Source: Monocercomonoides exilis PA203 (lineage: Eukaryota > Protista > Preaxostyla). Taken from it: a stretch of DNA of 64,000 nucleotides. Both the position numbers and the translations under genes were made by a program. The stretch lies in assembly GCA_001643675.2 (NCBI GenBank), contig LSRY02000019.1, positions 806,001 to 870,000 on the forward strand, in the 5' to 3' direction. Below are positions 24,132 through 36,190 of this stretch, in pieces (position 1 is the first letter of the stretch; every line of letters begins with the position of its first letter). The notes under the pieces were generated by a model. It was given only the letters and a program-made list of their open reading frames with translations. It was not told the DNA's origin and made no database searches.

Positions 24132-27100
24132 GGGTGAAAATTTTTGAAAAATCACTTTTTTTTAGCCTGATCTATCCCACAATAACTCAAAGGCAAATTC
24201 TTGTTTCCCGTAATTATAACTCCTTCAATTTTCTCATTCATTTTTTTTCAGACATAAGCATTTGATTCTTTCCTTGAAAAGTTTTAATCATTAACATTAT
24301 CTGTATATAACAATAATTGAAGTTTATTTGTATTTTTTGCAGTAATAAAACTGCAATGTATTCAACTTGAATTTTTCTATGCTAATTTTTCAATAAAACT
24401 AGTTTCACTTATATATATGTGTGATATAACTATTATTATCAATATAATCTCTATTTGCAAACGTATTTATTTTATATTTGTTTTATATCCGGAGATTTTT
24501 GAATGTTTAATTTAACAATTTTTCAGCTTTGACACTATTGAAGAATTAATATGAAGCGTACAAAAATGAATAAATGTTTATTTCTGTTCAATAAAAGTTA
24601 TACAATTGAAAAACAAGGTATTTTTATACAAAAACTAAAGTTATTAATGATCGATATGTAAAGTCTATGATTTGGTTTGAAGAATGCAATTACAAAGAAA
24701 TAATGAATGGCTCATACGTTTTTTCATTTTATATCACTCATAGCTCAGTCAGCTGTTTCATTTATATGAACTTTCTTTAGATTCTTCAATTTATGAAGAA
24801 CATAGATGTGCTTTGGCAGTGCGAAGGCAAAGAAGTTAAGAAAAGAAGGCAGCTGTAAATGTGCAGTCATCAGGATAATTATCGGCTCCAGCGTTCATCC
24901 CTTTTGATGCGTTGGTTCCAGCAGCTTCATTCATTTTTGTAGCAGCGAAAGAAGTTATCGAATAACGGATGCAGATTGTGGTGCCTGAAGCATCTCGTGT
25001 GTATTCAAATCAAAAGAATCAATTTCCTTGGTCGCTGCAGACGCTGCAAGGTTATATCGTTACGCTTTCGACGATGGTTTCTGTTCTACTGATGGAGACG
25101 CTTCCTTCTCTTGCGGAGTCAGCGGGAACGAAGTCGTGGTGCAAGAGGATTTTTGCAACGGTTGATGTGACTGCGTTCCCGTCAATCAACGATCTGCATA
25201 ACCCGTCGCTGCAGATATGGCGATAGCGCTTCTGGTATTGCGATCATTGAACTCGTGGGTTGCAATGGTGAAGCTGGATGATAAAGTGATTGGGCGAGGG
25301 ATTGCAGTGTACGAAATGGATAAGAGGAGTGATGGAAAGGCGCTGGAGTCAGTGTGTTCGAAGATGGAAGATGTGGTTCTGTCACCAGCAGCGATTGCGC
25401 AAGCGGTGCTGGAAGAAGGAAAAGAAGAAGAAGTTGGAAAGGAAAAGGAGGCGAATCTGTTGAGCGGGCTGGCAGAGCAGCTGCAGGAGAAGAACGAAAT
25501 AATCCTGAAGAAGAAGAAGATTTTGGAGCTGAGCGAGGAGCACAATGCAGAGGTGATGCAGGTGAAGCAGGGGAAGGAGAAGAAGTGATGGGCTCAGCAA
25601 GGAGGGGTGGTGAGTATGGATGGAAAGTGGAAACTGGCTGGTCGGGGGTTACAATTTCCATATCTTCTTCATTAATTTGTGTGTATAATGTGGTGGTTCA
25701 GTCTTCGGAGTCATTGATTCTGCCGTTGGGGCTGTGCGAAAAGTGTCAGGAGAAGTTAACAGAGATCATCAGGGATGGCATCGCTTTTTTGCTTGGGCCA
25801 GACACGAGTAGGAAGATGGTTGTTGTGAAAGTGGAGAGCGAGGTGAGTGATGTGGGAGAAGGAAACAGCGGAAGGCGAAAGAGTGTTTGCGGTGGTGGAA
25901 GAGCAGATGCAACTGTACGGGAGAAGATGAGCAAAATGAAGAATGAAATGAAGATGCAGATGGTGCTGTCATAAGTTCCGGAGCAGAAGATAAGCAAGCA
26001 GAAGGAGCTGAACAATAAGGAAATTGAAAAGCAGTATGCAGCACTTGTAGAAAAAAAGGTGGAACTAACGAAAATGAAGGTGAAGAATCAAGAGACAGTG
26101 CATTAGCTTGTTGGGTAAGTGAAGAAGATGGAGGAGCAGGTGGAGATGTGAACTTTAGCATGGGCAGGAAAGATGGAGCAGATAAAAATGTGGCGAGGAT
26201 GTGGATGATGATGAAAAGGAAAAAGAAAGAGTGCGATCGCGCTGTCTGAGATTCCGCTGTCACCGCACGATGATCCGAAGAAAGAGCGGGAAGAGTCGAA
26301 GTGGCCTGAGAAGTCACCGGGTTGAACGTGGACAGGGTTGTCTGGGGCATCTGTGGTGGTTCCGCCAGCACTGGAGACGGTGATGGAGCGGCTGATGAAA
26401 ACTGATTCTGAGTAGCTGACGCAGGTGGAGCTTGAAACAGTACATGTACTTCAGATGATACACCAGCTACAATCGTCTGTATCTGTGCAGCGTCCGCTGA
26501 ATTTGCTGTTGTCAGTGCTGCAATTGTTGCTAGCGTGAACAATACAGAAGATACGGGGGATATACGGAGACAAGATCGTGACATATAAAAGCGGGGGAAG
26601 TCTTGGGTAGGCGGGGATTGTGCTTCCGACTGGGAGGTTTGGAGATTTTGTGTATATGTGTCCATGGGAGAACCATGCGGCGCAGAAGAAGAGCGAAACA
26701 GCGCGGTTGGATATGATCAACGGATTGGAGCTGTTCCGGAAGTTCTTTCTTTTGATATAGCCATTTAATGTGTCTGCATTGGAGGATTTTTCTTGAAAAG
26801 AGCTGTCATTTTTGATGTCATTCAACACGGTGCTTGAAGGGGCATTGGAAAAGAAGATCAAGATGTTTTTTGGGGTGTCTAAGTGATTTTATTCGGTGAA
26901 GGGAGAGGTCAACGCGTATGTGTTCCTGAGGTATTTGAAGAACTACAACATGGCTGATGCAGAGAAGCGGAAGGAGGCCATGAAGGCGCTGTATGATGCG
27001 ATATACAATGGCGCCCCATCGACTTCATCATCAACATCGTCATCATCGCCAGGGGCAGTATGCAGAGGGTTCACATTCTCGAAGAAAGAGTGTCTTTTGT

Positions 27101-28947
27101 GTGTGTGCAATCCGCAGATGCGACATGCACTGTTGTTGCGGATCTTCCTAGTACGTAACTGACTGTCTAGCTGCTGTCTGCAGTCGTTTGCGTCTGCGCT
27201 GGAGGCGTTCCTGAGCAACGATTTCTTCACACTGCATCTGACACATCCAGATGTGTGTGATGCTGCTAACTGCAGATCTCCTCCATTCCTGTCACAGAAC
27301 AGCTCGGTTGTGAAGACAGTCAGCCAGCGCTGGATGATCAGGTGTAGGTGCTTTCGGTGGTGCTAGCTGGTGCAGTGCTGAATCGAAGTGTTGATGCTGC
27401 GCATTCAGCAGTGCGTGCTGTTCCGGATGGTGATGATGCTGGTGCAGCTCGTGGGGCGGCAGCTGCAGAGCAAACGAGGTGGGACGTCCAATCTGCTTTG
27501 GGGTGCTGCTGGGGAATGTGCAGCGTGTGCAGCTGCTTCACAAGCGATGGCACGGCAGAGTGAGGGAAGGAGGGAGGAGTCAATGTGTTGTCATGCATCA
27601 GCAGTATCTGCTTCTTTGGCACAGAACAAACATCCTCTGAATTGCAAATAATTGGCAATCAACAATTTGCGGCTGTCCTTTGCGTGTGCATCCTGTGTGA
27701 TCCATCCTTCCATTTCTCCTCCTTCATTTCCATCGCAATCGCCTCTTTTCCATCTTCTTCTTTTCATTCTTCTTCTTCTTCTTTCTTTTTGTCCTTTCTC
27801 TTGACTTTCCTTCAAACATCCCTCAAATTTCTTTTTTCACTTTTCCCTTTTTCTTCCTTTTTACTCAAATCATCTCTTTCATTCATATTTCCAAGAAACA
27901 TTTACCTCTTCGCTATTATTTTCACGAGATACCTTCTTCTGCTGTATCATTAATTCCTTGGTCTTATTTTTAGTTTTTTATAAGATTCACCACAAATGTC
28001 TTTCAAAACATTGGAAAATATATCTTTTTCTCTTTGCGTTAATATTTCATCCGGCTCATTCCTCTATGCCCATTTCGTTTGCTATATCCTGATTATAAAA
28101 AAGCACCAAACGTGCTATTTTTTTATATTTCATGTTCATTCATTGTTATTATACATTCTTACAAAAATCCTAATTCAAAAATAATAAAAAATGATGAAAT
28201 TAATAATGATTATAATGAGCAAGCATATTCTTTTAATAATGATCATTCTTCGCAAACTTTCTTCTCCAACTTCAAATATTTCTCTGTTCTACCAATAAAA
28301 CCCATCCTACTCGTCTTCGCTTCCCTTCTGCTCCCAAAAATCGTTTATTTAATATCCTTGGTGAACTTCAATTCAAAAAACCACACAAGCTTCATTCAAA
28401 TAAAAAATTGACAAGGAAGAAGAAGATGCTGATGACAATAAATTCGAACTATTCTGTTAATTGTTGTTGCAAATTTTCATGTTTGAGATGCGGATTTTTG
28501 GCAAAATTGCGAAATCCATTATCAATGTTGATTTTCCTTCCAAAAAATAAACGGTGAAGGAAAATGTTCAACGATAAATATTTCAATCCATCCGAAATAC
28601 ACAAAATGTCAAAAAAATATAGAACCTAATCAATTGAAACGCACCACAATTACCGTCCTTTGAAAAATCACTTTATCCTTAAAAAAGGCTATGAACAGGT
28701 TTTCTTCGAAAATTCAAATCTTCTTGCATGAGTTTATTTCAAAAAAATCATAATTTATTTTGATCAAAATATGCAATAAAAATTCAAATTTAATTTTTGT
28801 TTACAAACATTATCATGGAATGTTCGAATGTGGTTTTTTCCATCGATAAAACGAGCTCAAAGCATTTTGGAATAAAAGAATATTTCAAAATAATAATATT
28901 ATGGTATCACTTTTTGATCTGTGGTGATTTTTCAAAAATTTTCACCC
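24132..28947. mobile_element. 4.8-kb TIR element with perfect 24-bp TIRs and an unidentified cargo ORF
   Basis: GGGTGAAAATTTTTGAAAAATCAC at 24132-24155 and its exact reverse complement at 28924-28947. Flanks are ATAT/AGAT. Confidence 0.82.
24800..27720 (+). pseudogene. Degenerate GC-richer coding region of unknown family (cargo copy 1)
   Basis: GC-richer island with broken ORFs (e.g. YVFLRYLKNYNMADAEKRKEAMKALYD), homologous to 29070-31630. Strand assignment is tentative. Confidence 0.5.
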
Positions 28948-28951
28948 AGAT

Positions 28952-31900
28952 AGATACAGAAAAGGAAGTGGGAATGAATCATTTGTTTTTTTCATCTCTT
29001 ATTATTCATATAGCAGTTGACTTCTTCGTTTTTTTTTAACTTTTCTCATCTTCTTCAATACGTACAGCTCATAGAACAGCTTTGTCATCATAAAGGCGAA
29101 AAAGCGGAGAGATCAAGGTTCTCGATGTGTTTGTGCATTTATTTGGATAATCATCTGTTCTTGCTTATGACCCTTCGTATGCCAAGGTGATATTTGTGTC
29201 ATTCACATCGGAAGCAGCGATCAACCGCATCGAGAGACAGCTACGGATTGTGGTGCCTATTGCAGCTGAAGTGGATGCAAACACAAGAAGCTGTTTCTGA
29301 GAGTGCTGCAGACGCAGAGGGGTTATATTGTGCGCTTTCTACAATGCTTTTTGTCACGCCAGTTACTCTGCTTCTATCGCTTGTAGTGACTGCAGACACG
29401 AAGTTATGGAGCAAGCGGATATTTGCGGGGTGAATGATAATGATCATACTTTAATTTATGGTCAGTTTGCTATATCGCTGATGCTATATGTGAAGGGGCG
29501 GCTGATGTCACAACCACTGCAGCAAAGGCTTGCAGATGCGAAGCTGGATGATGAAGTGATGGTGCAAAGGGTTGCAGTGAATGAAGTGGAGAAGAGGAGG
29601 AGGTGAAGATGCTGGAGGTAGCGGGACTGAGAATGTGTGGTGAAGTTTTGAAGTCTGCAATAATTGCACTTGCAGTGCCGGAGGAAGGAGAAAAGTTATT
29701 CGGAAATTTTTATGCTGCTGCAAAAGATTCGATGTAACGAGAGGATACAGAAGCAGAAGAGCGGGTTGGTCGAGCAGCTGAACGAGAAGAACGAAATAAC
29801 CCAGATGAAGAAGAGGAAAATTTTGAAGCTAAGATGAAAGTGCAACGCATAGGTGAAGGAGCGGCATGAGTAGCTGTCAATGATGAAGGAGAAAGAGGAG
29901 CCAATGGATGAATGGATTGAGAAGGTGAATAAGCGCTGAATACAGTGAATAGAGCAGGTGAGTGGTGAAAGCGAGATTAAGCTGGATAATTTGTGGTTTT
30001 CGCTTTCCATTCCATCTTTCTGGCTTTTGTATGTCGCGGAGATTCCGTCTTCGTTTTCATTAATTCTGCTGTTTGATCTGTGTACAAAGTGCCACGAGAA
30101 GTTTGCAGCGAACATCGGTGATTGGAGTTCTTTTATGCTTAAACAGGATATCAATTGAAATGATGTTGTTGTGATAGTTGGGAACAAGGAGAATGTTGTG
30201 GGAGGGGCAAACATCGGAAAGGGAAAGAGTGTTTGCGGTGGTGGAAGAGCAGATGCAACTGAACGGTAGAAGATTAGCAAAATGAAGAATGAAACGAAGA
30301 TGCTGACTTCGCTGTAATGACGCAGGAGCAGACGATATGCGTACAGAAGGCTCTATTCAAGAAGGTTATTGTGAATCAGCAGATGGCGCTTGTATTTATA
30401 AGAAGCAGGAGCAAAAGAAAATGAATGCATTGTTAGAAGTTCCAGTGAAGCTGCTGCTGACTCCACATAAGAAGGTGCAATAACCTTCGCTAATGCAGAC
30501 GCTGTCAACGATCATGAAGAATATGCGGAGACAAGATCGCAGCTGACCTTTGCAAGAGTTGCGATTCTAAGTCAGGAGTTTGAGAACTTTGTGCGCATAT
30601 GCATGGAGAAGAAGGACACAGTGCAGAAGAAGAGCGAGGTGGAGCGGTGGACGATTGTCTTCGGGGTGGAACTGTTCTGGAAGGACTTTGTGGAGGTGTT
30701 GCCTGTTAGGGAAGTTTATGCAGGATGAGTTCACGGTAAACGCGCTGCCGTTCTTCTAGAACATCTATTCGATGTTGTTTAGAAAGCTGCAGTCTGAAAA
30801 AGGTGAGGAAGAGTTATCTGTGTTTCTAATGGTCTTGCCGAACTTCGATCTAGTGGAAGCAGCGAAGCTGAAAGAGGAGGAAAGGTTCTGTATGACTCCA
30901 AATGTTAAGAAAATGCATCGATTTTTTCGTCTTCACCCTTGTCATCGGGCGTGACTAGTTGAGGTATCGCGAACGATGATATGGAGCCTCTTCTCTGTGT
31001 GTGTTATCCACAGACACCGCAGGCATTGTCGCTTAAGATCTTAGGCGATAAGAACAGGCTTCCGCGGAACTGTCTTTCGTCGTTTGCGTTGTGCTGGAGG
31101 CGGACCTGCGCAATGGCTTCTTCACGCTGTGTCTGATACATATAGATTTTAGAGATGCTGCCAATCGCAGATCTCATCTATTCCTGTCACAGAACAGCGT
31201 AGTTGTGAAGACAATTAACTTGTGCTGGATGTCCGAGTGAGAGTGCTTTCTGTGGTATCCACAGGGACAGGGCTGATTCGAAGTGTTGATGCTGGTCCAA
31301 TCGGCTGTGGGTGCTGTTCCGGATTTTGATGATGCTGGTGCAGCTCGTTGGGCGGCAGCTGGAGAGCGAACGAGGTGGGAAGGCCAATCTGCTTTGGGGG
31401 TGCTGCCGGTGAATGTGCAGCGTGTGGAGCAGTTCCACGAGGCTTTGGAGTGGCAGAGCAAGGGAGAGAGCGAGGAGTCAATGTCTTGTCATGCATCAGT
31501 AGTATCTGCTTCTTCGGCACAGCAAAAACATGTTCTGAATTGCTAAGAATTGACAATCAACAATATGCTGCTGTCCTTTGGGTGTGCATCGGGCATGATC
31601 GATCCTTCCATTTCTCCTCCTTCATTTTCATCGGAGTTATTATGTCCATCACAATATCCTTTTTTTTTTATACTTCTTCTTCTTCTACTACTTCATTTTC
31701 TTTCTTTTTTCCCTTTCCCTTGACTCATTTTCAAAAATTCCTCAAATTTTTATTTTTATTTTTCATATTTTCTTCCTTTTCATTCAAATCATCTCTTTCA
31801 TTCAAATTTCTTATAAACATATTTTTCTTTTCAATCATTTGCCAAATTCCTTCTTCTGCTGCATCATCAATTTTTCTGCTCTCTCTTTTTGCTTTTAACT

Positions 31901-32877
31901 TGATTCACCAGATACGCCTTCCAAAACCATCAAAGACCTCCTCCTCTATTCGCTTCAATTTTTGTTCCTTCTCATTCTGCCATACACCCTTCAATTATAA
32001 TTTTCTGACTTCTTTAATGCATTTAATATCCTCTCTTTCCATATTCTATAGGCATATATTCGCAGTAAATATCCCTGAAAAAATATTCCAATTTCAACAA
32101 AAATAATAACAAATTATGAAATTAAAAATAATCATAATAAGCAAACCTATTCTTTTAATGATAATCATTCTTCTCAAATTTTCTTCTTCTTCTCCAAATA
32201 TTGCCTTGTTTTGCTCACAAAACCCATCTGTCTCGTCTTCGTTTCCTTTTTGCTGCCATAAAAAACTTTTTTTAACAGCCTAAACCAAATTCTGCTTCCG
32301 CTCAAATAACCTTCACAAATTTTATTCTAAAAAAAATTAAGGATGAGTAGGATGAAGAAGAAGAAAATGAATTCGAACTTTTCAGTTAATTGTTGTTGCA
32401 TATTTTCATGTTTGGGATACAGATTTTTGGTGAAAAATTCTTGAATCCATCATTTCAGTCTGTTTATCTGCAATTAAAATAAATAGTGAAGACAAATGTT
32501 GAACGATAAAAAAATCAAACCATCTGAAATAAACAAAATGCGAATGTTTCAAATTAAAATTAACTGAAACATTCTAAAATTACTACGCTTCGAAATATGA
32601 GTTTGGTTTTAAAAAAGAATAACGGACAGTTTATCTACGAAAATCTATCTCTTCTTGCATGTGTCAATTTCAATGAATATTGCATTTATTCTGATCAGAA
32701 AATACAATAAAAAACGAGCTGTTCAAATTATCGATAAACATGATTCTATAGTTCTCATGTCCAGTTTATTCTGCGAACATTTGCTTTTAAAGGCTGAACT
32801 TGCAAAGAAATTTTTTTTTATAAATAATTATGGATTGAATTTTTTGATCTGTGGTGATTTTTCAAAAATTTTCACCT
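28952..32877. mobile_element. Diverged tandem second unit of the 24132-28947 element (right TIR present, left TIR not seen)
   Basis: Collinear similarity to ~24800-28947, including the AT-rich 3' kilobase. Ends in GTGATTTTTCAAAAATTTTCACCT followed by ATAT. Confidence 0.75.
29070..31630 (+). pseudogene. Degenerate coding region of unknown family (cargo copy 2)
   Basis: Shares blocks with copy 1 such as GAAAGAGTGTTTGCGGTGGTGGAAGAGCAGATGCAACTG and TCATGCATCAG..AGTATCTGCTTCTT. Confidence 0.5.
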
Positions 32878-33909
32878 ATATTAATATCGAAAACAACCAA
32901 TGAAAATAAAAAAAATAATAAAAAAGAAAAGCAAAACACCTTCTTTGAAAATCATCACTAATGAGAAACAATGTTTCAGCAGTAATTTAAACAACTTGGA
33001 TTTATCAGGTTTATTCGTTAAAGTTCAATTAGAACTTAAACGTTGTGTAATTGTCATTTGTTATGGGATTCATCAATCTCTTTTTTTCAAAAACAAAAAC
33101 AAAAAAAATTCATGGACAAAACGTTTTGATTCTTTCACTATGAATTTAATAAAAAAGGTGTAACAAAAACGATCACAAAAAATATTTTTAATAATGAATT
33201 CATTCGATCATGTTTTTCTATCTTATTCTGAAAATGAGTCAATCTAATTTTTTGGATTATTTTTACTCATATGGGGGAAAATTCTGACTTTCAAGCTTAT
33301 TTTGCACAAAGCACAAAAAAAATTGCTTTTCTCATTACTTTTTTTCACTTTCTCAGATTTGGAAAAAAATTTGTTTTTCATATCCTTAAACATGCATCGT
33401 TTTAATCAAAAAATTAAGTTTTCTAACATTTCACAAATTTCAAAAAATGGACCCATTTTTGTTGTGTTTTTTGATATAAAAAAGTCAATGAAAAGAGCAT
33501 AATTTTTCAATGAAAATGCCTGAAGTTAAATATTTTGTTCCATATGTTCAATATTGATTCTTCTTTTGAAAATAACATATTAGCCAGATATCCTAACACA
33601 GAATTCGACAATATTCAACATTAATTTGAATTACCATGTTTGTTTTTATAAAATTGATAAATTTATCGATTGAATATATACATTTGTTGAAAAAAATATT
33701 CTTCTTAATGAAATTTTCAATTTTTGTTTGTTTATTACTTATTATAAAGCATTTCAGTATTTTCCTTTAAATTTTTTGTTAAATAAAGTTAAAATAAAAT
33801 TCAAGGACTCATTATTTAAAGCTTTATGTTTTGTTTTTGAAAAAGTTAATAATTAATGATAAGTGGAGATTGAAATAATTTCAAATTCACACTTTTTTTG
33901 AGAATAAAT

Positions 33910-34150
33910 GGGTCATTCTTTTTGAAAAGTCGCAAATGTTTAATTTGCAAATAAATCAATATTTTCATATTTTGCTCAAATTTCTGTTTCCACTCACCAA
34001 ACTTCACTAATATGGAATATATTTCTGGATAATGCTATTTCATTCATTCTGAAGAAATTTCGTGAGTGGAAACAGAAATTTGAGCAAAAATGTGAAATTA
34101 TTGATTTATCTGAAGATTAAACATTTACGACTTTTCAAAAAGAATTACCC
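33910..34150. mobile_element. 241-bp palindromic MITE, copy 3 (GGGT/ACCC ends), AAAT TSD
   Basis: Arms of ~90 bp are inverted, with AAAT at 33906-33909 and 34151-34154. Confidence 0.9.
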
Positions 34151-34539
34151 AAATTGAAAAGGTGGGTGTGTGGGTTGATGTTAACTTGAAGAATTCGAAG
34201 AAAATATTGATGAAGAGGTTGAGTAATAGTGTTTCACACATAATAAACGATTTGATATCCATTGGTTTAGGACATAATATAAATGTCGACGATAGTGATT
34301 TATTCTTTCCTTGTTCATCATTCCACTTTCTTTTTTCAGTTTTTTTTTATCTCTTTTCTATTTTTCTTCAAAGAAAACATTCTTTTTCATTTCTTTCAAA
34401 ACATTTTCTTCCATCCATTCCTCCTTTTATTCTTGATGATCTTCTTAATCATCTGAAAGTGAAAAGTGATAACATATAAATGTTAAATAAAGAATAAATA
34501 TCATGAAAAAGAACAATATGGGTTTGAAAATAAAAAACA

Positions 34540-35637
34540 CACTATCTGCCTGCATAAGCAGTATTGTTAACCTTGGTGAAGGAACTTGACTCAAATTGAG
34601 TCTGTTTTTCATCCTTACTCTGTATTTTTCATTTGCAGTGTTCTTTGCCTTCTATCTTTTCAAAGACTCACCTGTCAGACTATCAAAAAACGTTGATTTG
34701 CATCCAGATCGTGAGTAGTCAAAGGATTTCTCAAAATATGGTAATTTGTTAAACAACAGGCAACAATAAAACAATCTAATATTCTTTCAGGCTCAAAAGG
34801 CCACTGCCTCCGTAAATGAAATAGCGTCAAGAGCCTTCCAAAAAACCATTCTACTATAACTCTTAACGATGCCAACTCTTGAGTACATTCAGGCTTCGTC
34901 ATAATTACATCAAGCTCTGGATTTGCACAGATATAGGCGGAGTCAGCCAGAATTTTCGATCCTTTTAGTTGATCTTTGAAATACGGATAATGCTCCTTAA
35001 ACACTGTAAAATCATGAGTGGACCCTGTATGAACAGAACTTATTGTGCAGGCTGTTCCAACAGCAGGGTTCACACCGACTTCGACCTTTACACAATAGAT
35101 GTGATGTTTGCACTTGTGAAATTTTTGAATATTCATCAGACTACCACCTGTCCTGTTCATTGGAAAAGCAGTGCATTCCAAAACAATATCAACATCATTC
35201 ATTTCGATTAAGCGATTCTCTTTAAATGTCAAAAATTAAAGGGCAAGTGGCTCTTTAACATCGGAAACAATTGAGTGAAGCAATTTAACTCTTGAATTTT
35301 TTATTAGATAGTGAGAAGATACAAATATATTAGTTAATGTTTAAGAGCAATAATGAAAAAAAATTCGTCAAAAGAAATAACTGATCTCTGAATGCATTTT
35401 CTGCTCTTTCATTTCCTCTGCGGAGAGATATCTCATCGCTCAGAAGTCGAACAAAAAGATGAAATTCAATATGAGCTAAATCTGTGTAGAAGAATGATAT
35501 ATTGGTTCACTTGTTAACTGTTTTGCTAAATCATTGACAAATTATTTTGTCACATTTTTCTCAACTTCAACGTGTTCTGAAATTGCATTTCGCTTTTCGA
35601 TGGAACTCAAAACCTCAAGAAATGATATTTGAGACAT
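34540..35637 (-). pseudogene. PIF/Harbinger-type (DDE_Tnp_4-like) transposase pseudogene, copy B
   Basis: ORF 34675-35232 has VLECT, KHHIYCVKVEV, GSTHDFTVF, ILADSAY, RVIVEWFFGRL and ACCLTN, which match the DDE_Tnp_4 motif order. The upstream part is frameshifted. Confidence 0.85.
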
Positions 35638-35996
35638 GAGCGAAAAAACAAACTTTGTTAACGGATCAATATTTCCCATTAAATGAATATTATATTTGTG
35701 GATCGAACTTCCATCATTTAAACAGAAGGATGTGACTCAAACAAATTGATATGATTCGAACTTTTTCAGATTTTCTCCATCTTTTTGTTTCGAGATTAAT
35801 AAAAGGAAAATTGATTAAATAACATCAACATAGTTGTATTGTATTTTAAACTTTGAACCTGAACATTAACCAATTCCATTCATTCAATTATAGCGTTTTG
35901 TTGTAATAAAAAAATTGAGTTATTATTTGAAAAATCATAAAATTTTTTGGTGGGTGTTGATTCTTCAAAGATTTATTTACCTTGAAGAAAAATTAT

Positions 35997-35998
<2 letters not shown>

Positions 35999-36058
<60 letters not shown>

Positions 36059-36190
36059 AAATAAAAATAAAAATAAAAAATAAAAAAATAAAAAATAAAA
36101 ACATAAATATAAATATAAATATAAATATAAATATAAATATAAATATAAATGAAATAAAAAATAAAATAAAAAATAAAATAAAAAAATTAA
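35999..36190. repeat. Compound microsatellite: (CA)n, poly(A), (TAAAAA)n, (TATAAA)n
   Basis: Direct reading of the sequence. Confidence 0.9.
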
